From: Ruminococcus sp.
GTDB taxonomy: Bacteria; Bacillota; Clostridia; Lachnospirales; Lachnospiraceae
DNA length: 64,000 nucleotides
Direction of reading: 5' to 3'
Assembly: GCA_050944415.1 (NCBI GenBank)
Contig: JBMNRA010000003.1
Coordinates: forward strand, 2,243 to 66,242
The translations under genes were made by a program, and so were the position numbers. The notes under the pieces are model-generated. The model saw only the letters and a program-made list of their open reading frames with translations, was not told the origin of the DNA and made no database searches. Positions 1-8,839 of the stretch are shown one piece after another; the stretch's first letter is position 1, and each line of letters opens with the position of its first letter.

Positions 1-575
1 CCTTCCGTTACCTGAGCCGCCAGTGAATCCCTATCTTCCTTCTCTACTGGAACCACTTCCGGCTTTTCCGCAGATACAGTTCTATTTTCAATATAATCAG
101 TCAGGCCATCCAGAATCATATCCTCCTTCTGCCCAAAACACAGAAATGGCCGAAGCAACAGCAAAACAAGGGCCGACAATGCTCCAGCCATTAAATACTG
201 ATACCTGGCTGTCTCACTATAAGCGTATATATATGTCCCGTACAAACCAAGTCCCATCAGTATTATGGAGGCAAGTCCGCAATATCCGCTCCAGCGTCTC
301 AGCCGATAAACAAAAACGCCGAAGCTTTTACCCTTTATCATCTGTGTACGGATAAACGCTTCTGCGTTCTGTATCTTTTCGTTTTTTATAGTTTTCATCT
401 GATATGTCTTTATAAATTCTTTCATCCATTTACTTTTAGGCGTATCCATCCGCCCCATATCACGGATTGTTCTGTCATAAAAAGCATTTACCATCAACAG
501 CCAGACGGCTCCAATGCCAGTGAGCAGTGCTATGGTATAGAACAAGGCGTGACTTTCCAAGATACTGTTCAACAT
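1..575 (-). CDS. Hypothetical membrane protein, runs off the 5' edge (partial); not in ORF track
   Basis: Manual translation from ATG at 575 (SD AAAGGGGG): MLNSILESHALFYTIALLTGIGAVWLLMVNAFY...; open to base 1; about three hydrophobic segments. Confidence 0.6.
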   Translation of the reverse strand, partial: MLNSILESHALFYTIALLTGIGAVWLLMVNAFYDRTIRDMGRMDTPKSKWMKEFIKTYQMKTIKNEKIQNAEAFIRTQMIKGKSFGVFVYRLRRWSGYCGLASIILMGLGLYGTYIYAYSETARYQYLMAGALSALVLLLLRPFLCFGQKEDMILDGLTDYIENRTVSAEKPEVVPVEKEDRDSLAAQVTE

Positions 576-694
576 ATCATTTCCCCCTTTTCTTTCCGGA
601 AATTCTGTCCCGGTATGGTCATTATATAGCACAAGGGGCTTTTTGAAAACAAAAATCGTTCGACAGATTCCCGGAAAAAATGAGGATGAATCCC

Positions 695-1393
695 TTACAA
701 TTGGGATACCATATGGCTTACCAGCCTGACTCCATTTTCAATGGCTTTCTTCTCGAAAGTAGGATAATCCACAGACGCACTGTTATCCGCTTTATCGGAA
801 ATAGAACGAATAACAACAAAAGGAACTTTATTCAGATAAGCGGCCTGGGCAATAGCTGCACCTTCCATTTCCGTACAGTAACCCTGGAATTTTTCTATGA
901 TTCCATCTTTCACTTTCTGATCTGCAATAAACTGATCACCACTGACTACCCGTCCTTTAAATACTCCAACTTCAGGATTAACCTCATGGCTGGATTTTTC
1001 CGCCTGATCAATCATCCTGTCATCAGCTTTAAAAGCCAGTACATCCATTCTCGGAATCTGTCCCGGTTCATATCCGAATTCTCGGGCATCCATATCATGC
1101 TGGAGGGCATCCGTTGAAATCACAATATCTCCGATATTAATTTCATTTTTCAGGGAGCCTGCAATTCCGGTATTGATGATGCCTTCAACCTGAAAGTCAT
1201 CCACAAGTATCTGTGTACAGATACCCGCATTTACTTTACCGATTCCTGAACGTACTACTACTACTTCTTTTCCATTTAATATGCCCACATTAAATTCCAT
1301 GGAAGCTTTTTCCTTGATCTTCACATCCTGCATCATCTCTTTCAGTTTGCTGACTTCCTCTTCCATGGCGCCGATAATTCCGATTCGTTTCAT
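695..1393 (-). CDS. mtnN: 5'-methylthioadenosine/S-adenosylhomocysteine nucleosidase
   Basis: IGIIGAMEEEV, SGIGKVNA, VVSGDQF, EMEGAAIAQ, RSISDKAD motifs. Confidence 0.95.
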   Translation of the reverse strand: MKRIGIIGAMEEEVSKLKEMMQDVKIKEKASMEFNVGILNGKEVVVVRSGIGKVNAGICTQILVDDFQVEGIINTGIAGSLKNEINIGDIVISTDALQHDMDAREFGYEPGQIPRMDVLAFKADDRMIDQAEKSSHEVNPEVGVFKGRVVSGDQFIADQKVKDGIIEKFQGYCTEMEGAAIAQAAYLNKVPFVVIRSISDKADNSASVDYPTFEKKAIENGVRLVSHMVSQL

Positions 1394-1540
1394 GAGGTCA
1401 CTCTCCTTTTTCTGTTTTTCCCGTCTATTATAACAGAGATTCTTTACCCGTGGAATATTTCCTATAGAAACTTTCCTTCAATTTTGCTATAATACGTGGT
1501 GATGAACAGAATCAGAAATTCATTCAGGGAGGTTTTTCAC

Positions 1541-1780
1541 ATGGTATATAAAACAAAGGGCGTCTGTTCTTCTGCAATCCAGTTTGAAATTACAGACGGA
1601 AAAGTACACAATGTAGTATTCCAGGGCGGCTGCAACGGCAATACCAAAGGCATTGCCTCTCTGGTAGAAGGTATGGATGTCAATGATGTAATCCAGCGTT
1701 TGGAAGGCACTCGTTGCGGATTCAAACCAACATCATGTCCAGACCAGCTGGCAAAAGCTCTGAAGGATGCTATCCAGTAA
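1541..1780 (+). CDS. Small TSCPD-domain protein (TIGR03905-like)
   Basis: YKTKGVCS...GGCNGN...CGFKPTSCPDQLA; SD GGAGG before ATG 1541. Confidence 0.8.
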   Translation: MVYKTKGVCSSAIQFEITDGKVHNVVFQGGCNGNTKGIASLVEGMDVNDVIQRLEGTRCGFKPTSCPDQLAKALKDAIQ

Positions 1781-1786
1781 TTATTT

Positions 1787-1821
1787 AAGGACTGCGCGTC
1801 AAAATGACGGCAGTCCCTTTT
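1787..1821. terminator. Bidirectional intrinsic terminator
   Basis: AAGGACTGCGCGTCA / TGACGGCAGTCCCTTT hairpin between convergent genes. Confidence 0.7.
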
Positions 1822-1823
1822 AT

Positions 1824-3428
1824 TTATCTGTCCCATTTGTCACAAAGCGAATTAATCTGTCCGATAAATTTAGCCAGGTCTTTATTGGCTCCTCCTTCAT
1901 TGTGTCGGATAACAGTCATCAATCTTTGTCCCGCAGCCACCAGACGGTCATAAACTGTAGATGCCCTGGACGTAGCTTTAGACACGGCACGTTTTACCGC
2001 AATTCCTTTCGCTTCAACCAGACACCTGTTTTCTTTCAGATCATAAACTGTTCCGCTGAAAGGCGCCATGGTTTCGCAGCCCAGTTCATCCTTAATGCGG
2101 TTGGCAAATATCTGACACACAGAATCTTCTCCATGATTGACAAATACCATCTGAGGCTTTTTATCGTATGCCATCATCCATGCCATCAATCCTTCGCTGT
2201 CTGCATGACCACTGATACCGGGAAGCACCTGAATATCAGCCTGAACTATAATTTCTTCTCCAAAAAGCTTTACCTTATCCACACCATCCACGAGAATTCT
2301 TCCCAGAGTTCCCACTGCCTGATACCCTACAAACAGAATCGTGCACTCTCTTCTCCAGAGGTTATGCTTCAGATGGTGTTTAATCCTCCCTGCATCACAC
2401 ATACCGCTGGCCGATAATATAACCTTGCAGCTTTCTTCCGCATTGATTGCCTTGGAATCGTCACTGGTTACTGACAGCCTCAGGCCGCTGAAACTTATAG
2501 GATTAAACCCTTCATTTACAATTGCCTGGGCTATATCATCGTAGCATTCCTGATGATGCTTCTGAAAAATACTGGTGGCTTCTACCGCCAGAGGACTGTC
2601 TACGTAAACTTTGAAATTTCCATGACCTTTGACCATCTGTTTTTCCTTAATCTCTCTCAGAAAATAAAGCATCTCCTGTGTCCGCCCCACCGCAAAGGAG
2701 GGAATCACCACATTACCGCCCCGGTCAAAGGTTTTCTGAATGACTTCAGCCAGTGCCTGCGTATAATCTACCACTTTTTCATGCTTTCTGTCTCCGTAAG
2801 TGGACTCTATCACCACATAATCGGCTTCATGGATATACTGAGGATCCTTAATAATAGGCTGATCTGTATTCCCCACATCCCCGGAAAATACAATTTTCTT
2901 TTCTTCGCCTTCCTCCTGAAGCCATATCTCAATACTTGAAGAACCCAGCAGATGTCCGGCATCAATAAAACGTACCCGGATTCCCTCTGCAATTTTTACC
3001 GTTTCGCCGTATTCGCAGCCCTCCAGCAGACCAATGACACCCAGCGCGTCTTCCATCGTATAGGCTGGAATATACTCTTCCTTCCCGCTTCTTCGTCCTT
3101 TCCGGTTTCTCCATTCCGCTTCAAACATCTGAATATGCGCACTGTCTTTCAGCATAATATTACACAGATCTTTCGTTGCGTTAGTGGCGTAAACAGGGCC
3201 GCGGAATCCCCTGGCATATAAAAGGGGCAGATTTCCGGAATGATCAATATGCGCATGGGTCAGCAGAACAAAATCAATATCCGCAGGCAATACCGGAATT
3301 TCCTGATTTTCATAAACATCCGGTCCCTGCTGCATTCCGCAGTCTACCAGAAATTTCTTGTCTGCCGCTTCCAGCAGCGTACAGCTTCCTGTCACTTCGT
3401 GAGTAGCACCTAAAAATGTAATCTGCAT
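1824..3428 (-). CDS. MBL-fold beta-CASP ribonuclease (YSH1/CPSF73-like)
   Basis: LTHAHIDHSG, AGHLLGS, ESTYG, PSFAVGRTQE, SGHAD motifs. Confidence 0.9.
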   Translation of the reverse strand: MQITFLGATHEVTGSCTLLEAADKKFLVDCGMQQGPDVYENQEIPVLPADIDFVLLTHAHIDHSGNLPLLYARGFRGPVYATNATKDLCNIMLKDSAHIQMFEAEWRNRKGRRSGKEEYIPAYTMEDALGVIGLLEGCEYGETVKIAEGIRVRFIDAGHLLGSSSIEIWLQEEGEEKKIVFSGDVGNTDQPIIKDPQYIHEADYVVIESTYGDRKHEKVVDYTQALAEVIQKTFDRGGNVVIPSFAVGRTQEMLYFLREIKEKQMVKGHGNFKVYVDSPLAVEATSIFQKHHQECYDDIAQAIVNEGFNPISFSGLRLSVTSDDSKAINAEESCKVILSASGMCDAGRIKHHLKHNLWRRECTILFVGYQAVGTLGRILVDGVDKVKLFGEEIIVQADIQVLPGISGHADSEGLMAWMMAYDKKPQMVFVNHGEDSVCQIFANRIKDELGCETMAPFSGTVYDLKENRCLVEAKGIAVKRAVSKATSRASTVYDRLVAAGQRLMTVIRHNEGGANKDLAKFIGQINSLCDKWDR

Positions 3429-3814
3429 GCACTATCCTCCTATATTCTGCCAGTTTTTCGTTACTTCTATTATACCCGTCAGACTGCAAAAATACAACAA
3501 ATATGAAGAGCCCTCCGCACACGGGGCGTGTGTACGGAGGGCTGCATATGACTATATTTTATATCCTTTTGATATCACACATGAATGTAAAATGGATCCA
3601 AACTGTAGACAGCTCCACATCACTCCTTTCTTTTGTTAACGTACAGATTTTACAGGCAGAAAAACCAGTACGTCAGGTTACCCTTTTTCTTTAGTTTCTT
3701 TTTTCTTTGTTTTTTGTCAACGAGTTACAGATATGCTCTCCTCCAAGAAGATCCGGTAATGCAGGCTTTGATTCAGTCTCCTCTTTGAGAACATGAAGTT
3801 ACATCAGGTTCCGG

Positions 3815-4312
3815 TCAGCTTATATATTTACCACCAGTTACTGTTGATGTACTCTCTTTTACGCTACCTTCCTTGGCAGCATGATAACCACGCAAACGAT
3901 ACCAATAGCCTTTTTGCACTGAATAATCAAATGATTTGTTTAGCTTCGCAGCATTACTAGCAGTATATTCCCAAGATCTATAAGAATAAAAATCTGTACC
4001 ATTTTTAGATTGTTCCAGATAAATATTAAGATATACCTTATCGCAAGTCTGAGTACATGTTGTTCCACCATATATGCCTATGCTACCATTTCCATGATTT
4101 GACAACGTTACTGTACCAACTGAAAGATATGCACCCCTCTGCAGAACTTGAGCAACAGCACTTATTTCTGTCTCCGTCTCAGTAATATAATGATATACGG
4201 GAACCTCAATCTCTGTTACATCAGTTGCCGCATATGTTTTTGATGAAAAGGCACATAACATTACAATTGCTACAATCAACAAACCTCCAAGTTTCTGCCA
4301 TCGCCCTGCCAT
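3815..4312 (-). CDS. Secreted protein (resembles DUF6147)
   Basis: Signal peptide ending TYAA; beta-rich mature part ending YRLRGYHAAK...T...GG..I; family name from recall. Confidence 0.65.
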   Translation of the reverse strand: MAGRWQKLGGLLIVAIVMLCAFSSKTYAATDVTEIEVPVYHYITETETEISAVAQVLQRGAYLSVGTVTLSNHGNGSIGIYGGTTCTQTCDKVYLNIYLEQSKNGTDFYSYRSWEYTASNAAKLNKSFDYSVQKGYWYRLRGYHAAKEGSVKESTSTVTGGKYIS

Positions 4313-4384
4313 ACGTTATTTCCTCCTTTCTCGTATTTTACCCGCATTACAATAAGAATACGAAAAAATAATGAGGAAATTACA

Positions 4385-5149
4385 CTAATATATCATTGAT
4401 ATTAAAATTTTTTTTATTTCTTCTAATGAAATTATTCCCGAAAAAGAATAATAACTATTTTTATATATCCACTGCGCGCTACAGTCTATTATATTATTTA
4501 CATCGTTTTCTTTTTCCCACAATTCAATTTCAAGTCCATTGACTTCGGTTTTAAAAGTCTCTACAATTTTTCCATCAAAACTTCTACTCACTGCAGAATC
4601 ACTGTTATTACCTAAAATGTAAAAGGTAAGTATTTTTTCATTGTAACTATAGTATATTTCAGCTGTATTTACATTTTCATAAATTTCATATCCAGAAAAT
4701 TTCATCCCTTCTGGCACATAATAAAACTCTGGAACCTCTACATTTAAAACCTGTTCAATATCATCCCGCGCCCTTCTCTCATCCAGATTCGCAGATTCTA
4801 TCGTCCCATTCTCAACTGTTACATCTGTTCTCCCCGTAAAAAATTCCTCCACTTTCTGCACCAGAAAAATTCTGTTAGCCTGACTTGTCATAGACACACC
4901 GAACACACCTACAAAAGCCAAAACAATCACTGCTGCCCATTTCTGGACTCTCCTGCGTTTATTTTTTTTCTGCTGTTTTTTCTGTTCTTCCTGCAGAACC
5001 TGCATCAGAATTTTAGCCCGCAGTCTTTCTTTATCCACCGGGTTTTCTTCCAGGGGAACGTTCTTTATTTCTTCTTCGATCTCCGCTGCCTCCCGAAGAA
5101 GTTCTTCATCCAGATTTAAATCTGCTAATTTCCCTTTTTTCGCCTTCAT
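4385..5149 (-). CDS. Anti-sigma-factor-like single-pass membrane protein (resembles DUF4367)
   Basis: ATG 5149 with SD GAGGAG; acidic N-terminus, basic patch, one TM (WAAVIVLAFVGVFGVSM), extracellular PEFYYVPEG...WIYKNSYYSFSG. Confidence 0.75.
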   Translation of the reverse strand: MKAKKGKLADLNLDEELLREAAEIEEEIKNVPLEENPVDKERLRAKILMQVLQEEQKKQQKKNKRRRVQKWAAVIVLAFVGVFGVSMTSQANRIFLVQKVEEFFTGRTDVTVENGTIESANLDERRARDDIEQVLNVEVPEFYYVPEGMKFSGYEIYENVNTAEIYYSYNEKILTFYILGNNSDSAVSRSFDGKIVETFKTEVNGLEIELWEKENDVNNIIDCSAQWIYKNSYYSFSGIISLEEIKKILISMIY

Positions 5150-5269
5150 ACCAAACTCCTCTTCTGCCCTGGCAACTTTTCTTGACTTTTCCCCCTCAGG
5201 GTATAAAATATAAAGATAACAGGCATTGCCAAAAGCACTGCCTCCAATGAAAAGCAGGAGGTCTATCCC

Positions 5270-6349
5270 ATGAAGCACATTGTACTCACCGGTGGGGGCA
5301 CCGCTGGACATGTTACTCCAAATATTGCCATGATTCCCCGCCTTCGGGAATTGAGTTATACCATATCTTACATCGGCTCCTATGACGGTATTGAAAAAAA
5401 GCTGATTGAAGATATGGAGATTCCATATTACGGTATCTCCTCAGGAAAACTGAGAAGATACTTCGATCCCAAGAATTTCACAGACCCATTTAAGGTTCTG
5501 AAAGGTTATCGTGAAGCCAAAAAACTTTTAAAGGAACTGGCTCCCGATGTGATCTTTTCCAAGGGCGGCTTTGTCACCGTACCTGTGGTTACCGCCGCAA
5601 AAAAGCTGAAAATCCCAGCCATCATCCATGAATCGGATATGACGCCAGGACTGGCAAATAAACTGTGCATTCCTTCTGCAACGAAGGTATGCTGCAATTT
5701 CCCGGAAACAGTTAAACTGCTGCCGGAAGGCAAAGCTGTTCTGACCGGAACTCCAATCCGCCAGGAACTGCTCACCGGCAATCCAATCAGCGCTTTGGAA
5801 TTTACCGGACTTTCACCGGATAAACCGGTGATCCTGATTATCGGCGGAAGTCTGGGAGCCGCAGCCATTAACGACGCCGTCCGCAGAATTCTGCCTGAAC
5901 TTCTGAAAGATTTCCAGATTATCCACCTCTGCGGTAAAGATAAACTGGACGAAACATTAACCGATGTTCCCGGTTATGTACAATATGAATACATCAAAAA
6001 AGAACTGGCAGATCTTTTTGCACTGTCAGATCTTGTCATCTCCCGCGCCGGCGCCAATGCAATCTGCGAAATCAGTGCTTTGAAAAAGCCCAATCTTCTG
6101 ATTCCGCTTTCTGCACGGGCAAGCCGGGGAGATCAGATTCTAAATGCCCGTTCTTTTGAACGGCTGGGCTACAGTATGGTTCTGGAAGAAGAACAGATCA
6201 CAGACAATACGCTTTACAACGCAATTACCGAACTGTATCATAACCGCCAGTCCTACATCGATGCCATGGCCGCAAATCAGGAGATGGATTCCATAGAGAA
6301 AATTCTTCAGCTCATTGAAGAATGTCAGAAACCATCTCAGGAAGAATAA
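5270..6349 (+). CDS. murG: Undecaprenyl-PP-MurNAc-pentapeptide GlcNAc transferase
   Basis: TGGGTAGHV, SKGGFV, HESD, GGSLGA, SRAGAN, RGDQILNA motifs. Confidence 0.95.
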   Translation: MKHIVLTGGGTAGHVTPNIAMIPRLRELSYTISYIGSYDGIEKKLIEDMEIPYYGISSGKLRRYFDPKNFTDPFKVLKGYREAKKLLKELAPDVIFSKGGFVTVPVVTAAKKLKIPAIIHESDMTPGLANKLCIPSATKVCCNFPETVKLLPEGKAVLTGTPIRQELLTGNPISALEFTGLSPDKPVILIIGGSLGAAAINDAVRRILPELLKDFQIIHLCGKDKLDETLTDVPGYVQYEYIKKELADLFALSDLVISRAGANAICEISALKKPNLLIPLSARASRGDQILNARSFERLGYSMVLEEEQITDNTLYNAITELYHNRQSYIDAMAANQEMDSIEKILQLIEECQKPSQEE

Positions 6350-6846
6350 TCTTCCGGACTGAACCGTTTCCGAAGCCAGAGCTTCGCACGGTGCTGTTTG
6401 ATTCTCAGATTGGACAGACTGATACCGAGATCATCCGCCACATGCTGCTGGTTTTCTCCAGCGGCTGCCACCCGGACAATTATCTCGTACCATTGTCTGT
6501 CCTTCTTTTTAAGCTCAGCCAGTGCTTCCCGGCGAAACTCTTTCTTGATAAACTCTTTTTCCATATCGTCAAACTCTATGTTTAAGTTCTGACTTAAAAC
6601 ATCACCGCAGACTTCATGCTTATGATATTTCTTCCGCTGAAAATCTATGGCTTTATGCTTAGCTGTCACCAGCAGCCAAGGTTTTATATACATATCCTCT
6701 ACTGTTTCACGTTTTACGAAAAATAAAGTGAAAACTTCCTGACAAATATCCTGTGCATAATGATAATCCTGTAGTATATTAAAAGCCGCTTTCATCACCA
6801 TGAGATAGTATCTGTCATAAAGTTCATCAAACTCTGACAAATTCAT
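6337..6846 (-). CDS. ECF-type sigma-70 factor
   Basis: Region 2 (AQDICQEVF, WLLVTAKHKAID) and region 4 HTH (VADDLGIS...HRAK); SD GGGGG before ATG 6846. Confidence 0.85.
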   Translation of the reverse strand: MNLSEFDELYDRYYLMVMKAAFNILQDYHYAQDICQEVFTLFFVKRETVEDMYIKPWLLVTAKHKAIDFQRKKYHKHEVCGDVLSQNLNIEFDDMEKEFIKKEFRREALAELKKKDRQWYEIIVRVAAAGENQQHVADDLGISLSNLRIKQHRAKLWLRKRFSPEDYSS

Positions 6847-6868
6847 GGTCAATCCCCCTGTCATCTCT

Positions 6869-7279
6869 TTACAGCTGTTTTCTGACTTCAGTTACAATTT
6901 CATCCCGCACTTCATCTGTCAGTTTTCCCGGCTTCCAGCTCAACCCGACATTATCATTGTCATACCTGGGAATCAGATGAATGTGAAAATGAAATACTGT
7001 CTGACCTGCAGATGCACCGTTATTCTGCACCACATTAAAGCCGCTGCAGCCCAGCGCTTTTGTCATGGCTGTGGCCATTTTTTTCGCCAGCACCATAGCG
7101 GAAGCCACCGTTTCGTCCTCTATCTCATAAAGATTCGCATAATGCTTTTTGGGAAGAATCAGCGCATGGCCTTTGCTGGCAGGACCCAGATCCAGGATCA
7201 CCCGAAACTGTTCATCCTCATACAAGGTTGCCGACGGAATCTCTCCGCAGGCAATTTTACAAAAAATACAATCTGACAT
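6869..7279 (-). CDS. HIT family nucleotide hydrolase
   Basis: CIFCKI N-terminus, GHALILPK, HFHIHLIP triad. Confidence 0.92.
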   Translation of the reverse strand: MSDCIFCKIACGEIPSATLYEDEQFRVILDLGPASKGHALILPKKHYANLYEIEDETVASAMVLAKKMATAMTKALGCSGFNVVQNNGASAGQTVFHFHIHLIPRYDNDNVGLSWKPGKLTDEVRDEIVTEVRKQL

Positions 7280-7403
7280 TTTTCTGCCTCCTTCACAAAT
7301 AAATCATCTATTTCTATTTTGTCGCATTCTGTCATAATTTGCAACATAATATTGTTTGCTATTTAAAAATTCTAATGATACACTACCCACAGAGGTGAAA
7401 AAA

Positions 7404-8141
7404 ATGTTATCCAGAGACGAATACGAAAAAATACATCAACTATGTCAGGAATCTCCCCAGGCTTTGGAGGTTCAAAAATTGCTGCGCCGTGAAAATCAGC
7501 TGCAGCTTTCCATGGTATCCCATGAAGTACGCAACCCTGTCACTTTGATCAACAGCTTTCTGCAGCTGATGGCTTCCACTCATCCTGAAGTGAAAGCTTT
7601 CCCATACTGGAATGATGTTATGGAAAACATGGAATTTCTGCGCAGTCTTCTCGCACAGCTTTCAGAATACAATAATGCCCAGAAATTAAACCGCAGTGAA
7701 GTTAATCTTTATCACATACTGCGTTCTTTTACTGAAAGCATGGCTTCTGCCCTTTCCTCACAGAATATTACCATTACCTTTCGGAAGGAAGGGCCCATTC
7801 CTCCATTTCTGCTGGACAGCAGCAAAATACGGCAGGTCTTTTTAAATCTGGTAAGAAATGCAGCGGAGGCAATGGACGGCCGTGGAGGCACTATTATTAT
7901 CACTCTGAGCGCCGATTTTGATACAGCAACCATCCGCATTCGTGATGACGGTCCTGGAATTCCTGCAGAGTACCAGTCTTCCATTTTCGACTTCTTCGTT
8001 ACTCACAAAAAAGATGGTACCGGTCTGGGATTGGCCATCGCCCGCAGTACAGTAGAAGCCCATGGAGGAACCATCGGTGTTTCCTCCATCGAGGGACAGG
8101 GAGCGGAATTCATCATCCGCCTTCCCATCGTCTATGAGTAG
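7404..8141 (+). CDS. Orphan cytoplasmic sensor histidine kinase
   Basis: H box SHEVRNP, N box NLVRNA, G1 DDGPGI, G2 GTGLGL; no TM segment; no adjacent response regulator. Confidence 0.88.
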   Translation: MLSRDEYEKIHQLCQESPQALEVQKLLRRENQLQLSMVSHEVRNPVTLINSFLQLMASTHPEVKAFPYWNDVMENMEFLRSLLAQLSEYNNAQKLNRSEVNLYHILRSFTESMASALSSQNITITFRKEGPIPPFLLDSSKIRQVFLNLVRNAAEAMDGRGGTIIITLSADFDTATIRIRDDGPGIPAEYQSSIFDFFVTHKKDGTGLGLAIARSTVEAHGGTIGVSSIEGQGAEFIIRLPIVYE

Positions 8142-8165
8142 ATACCGTAAGCAAAGGCGCAGCCC

Positions 8166-8801
8166 TTACTGCCCGCTGCGCCTTTTCCTGTAAACTGCCA
8201 TGCATATTAAAAATCCCGAAATCAGTCCGCCGATATGAGCAATATTATCCACGCCGCCTGATGCAAATCCAAAATAGATGGAAAGAGCTGCCATCAGCAG
8301 AAGTCTCTGCAAAGAGATATCCTCCAGTCTTCCTTTATTACGAATGACGATGTAGACCATTGCTCCGATAACCGCAAAAACAGCTCCGGAGGCGCCGGCT
8401 GATGCCACATTTCTTTCCAGATCCAGGTTATAGGAAAAAGACAGAAGACTGCCGCCCAGACCTCCCAGAAGATAAATGACAAGATATTTAATATGACCTG
8501 CTGCCCGTTCCAGATACCCGCCAAGGAAAAACAGCAGCAGCATATTGTTGAAGAGGTGTTCAAACCCAAAATGAAGAAACATACAGGTAAACAACCGATA
8601 ATACTCTCCCGCCAGAATCAGAGGCGGAAATGCAGCTCCACATTCCAGCATATGAGCTGCATCTTCGCTGCTTCCGGTACTTTCCACCCACAGAAATACC
8701 AGGATATTCGCAAGAATCAGCGTAAGATTCACCCAGCTGACAGGTCCCTTCTGCATACGGTCAATTGCGTCTTCATTTCTGTAGCGTTCCTGATCTGTCA
8801 A
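8166..8801 (-). CDS. Rhomboid intramembrane serine protease
   Basis: YYRLFT, HLFNNM, GASG catalytic Ser, AHIGG catalytic His. Confidence 0.9.
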   Translation of the reverse strand: MTDQERYRNEDAIDRMQKGPVSWVNLTLILANILVFLWVESTGSSEDAAHMLECGAAFPPLILAGEYYRLFTCMFLHFGFEHLFNNMLLLFFLGGYLERAAGHIKYLVIYLLGGLGGSLLSFSYNLDLERNVASAGASGAVFAVIGAMVYIVIRNKGRLEDISLQRLLLMAALSIYFGFASGGVDNIAHIGGLISGFLICMAVYRKRRSGQ

Positions 8802-8839
8802 ATTCCTTCCACCTTTAACAATTTTTCATTCATTATAGT

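Noticed and set aside
4385-5311. Long N-terminal extensions given by the ORF track (4385..5311, 30009..30761, 32936..33652, 33699..34307, 54133..55428 and others)
   Set aside because: Extensions run through promoters, riboswitch or neighbouring genes; downstream starts have clear SD motifs
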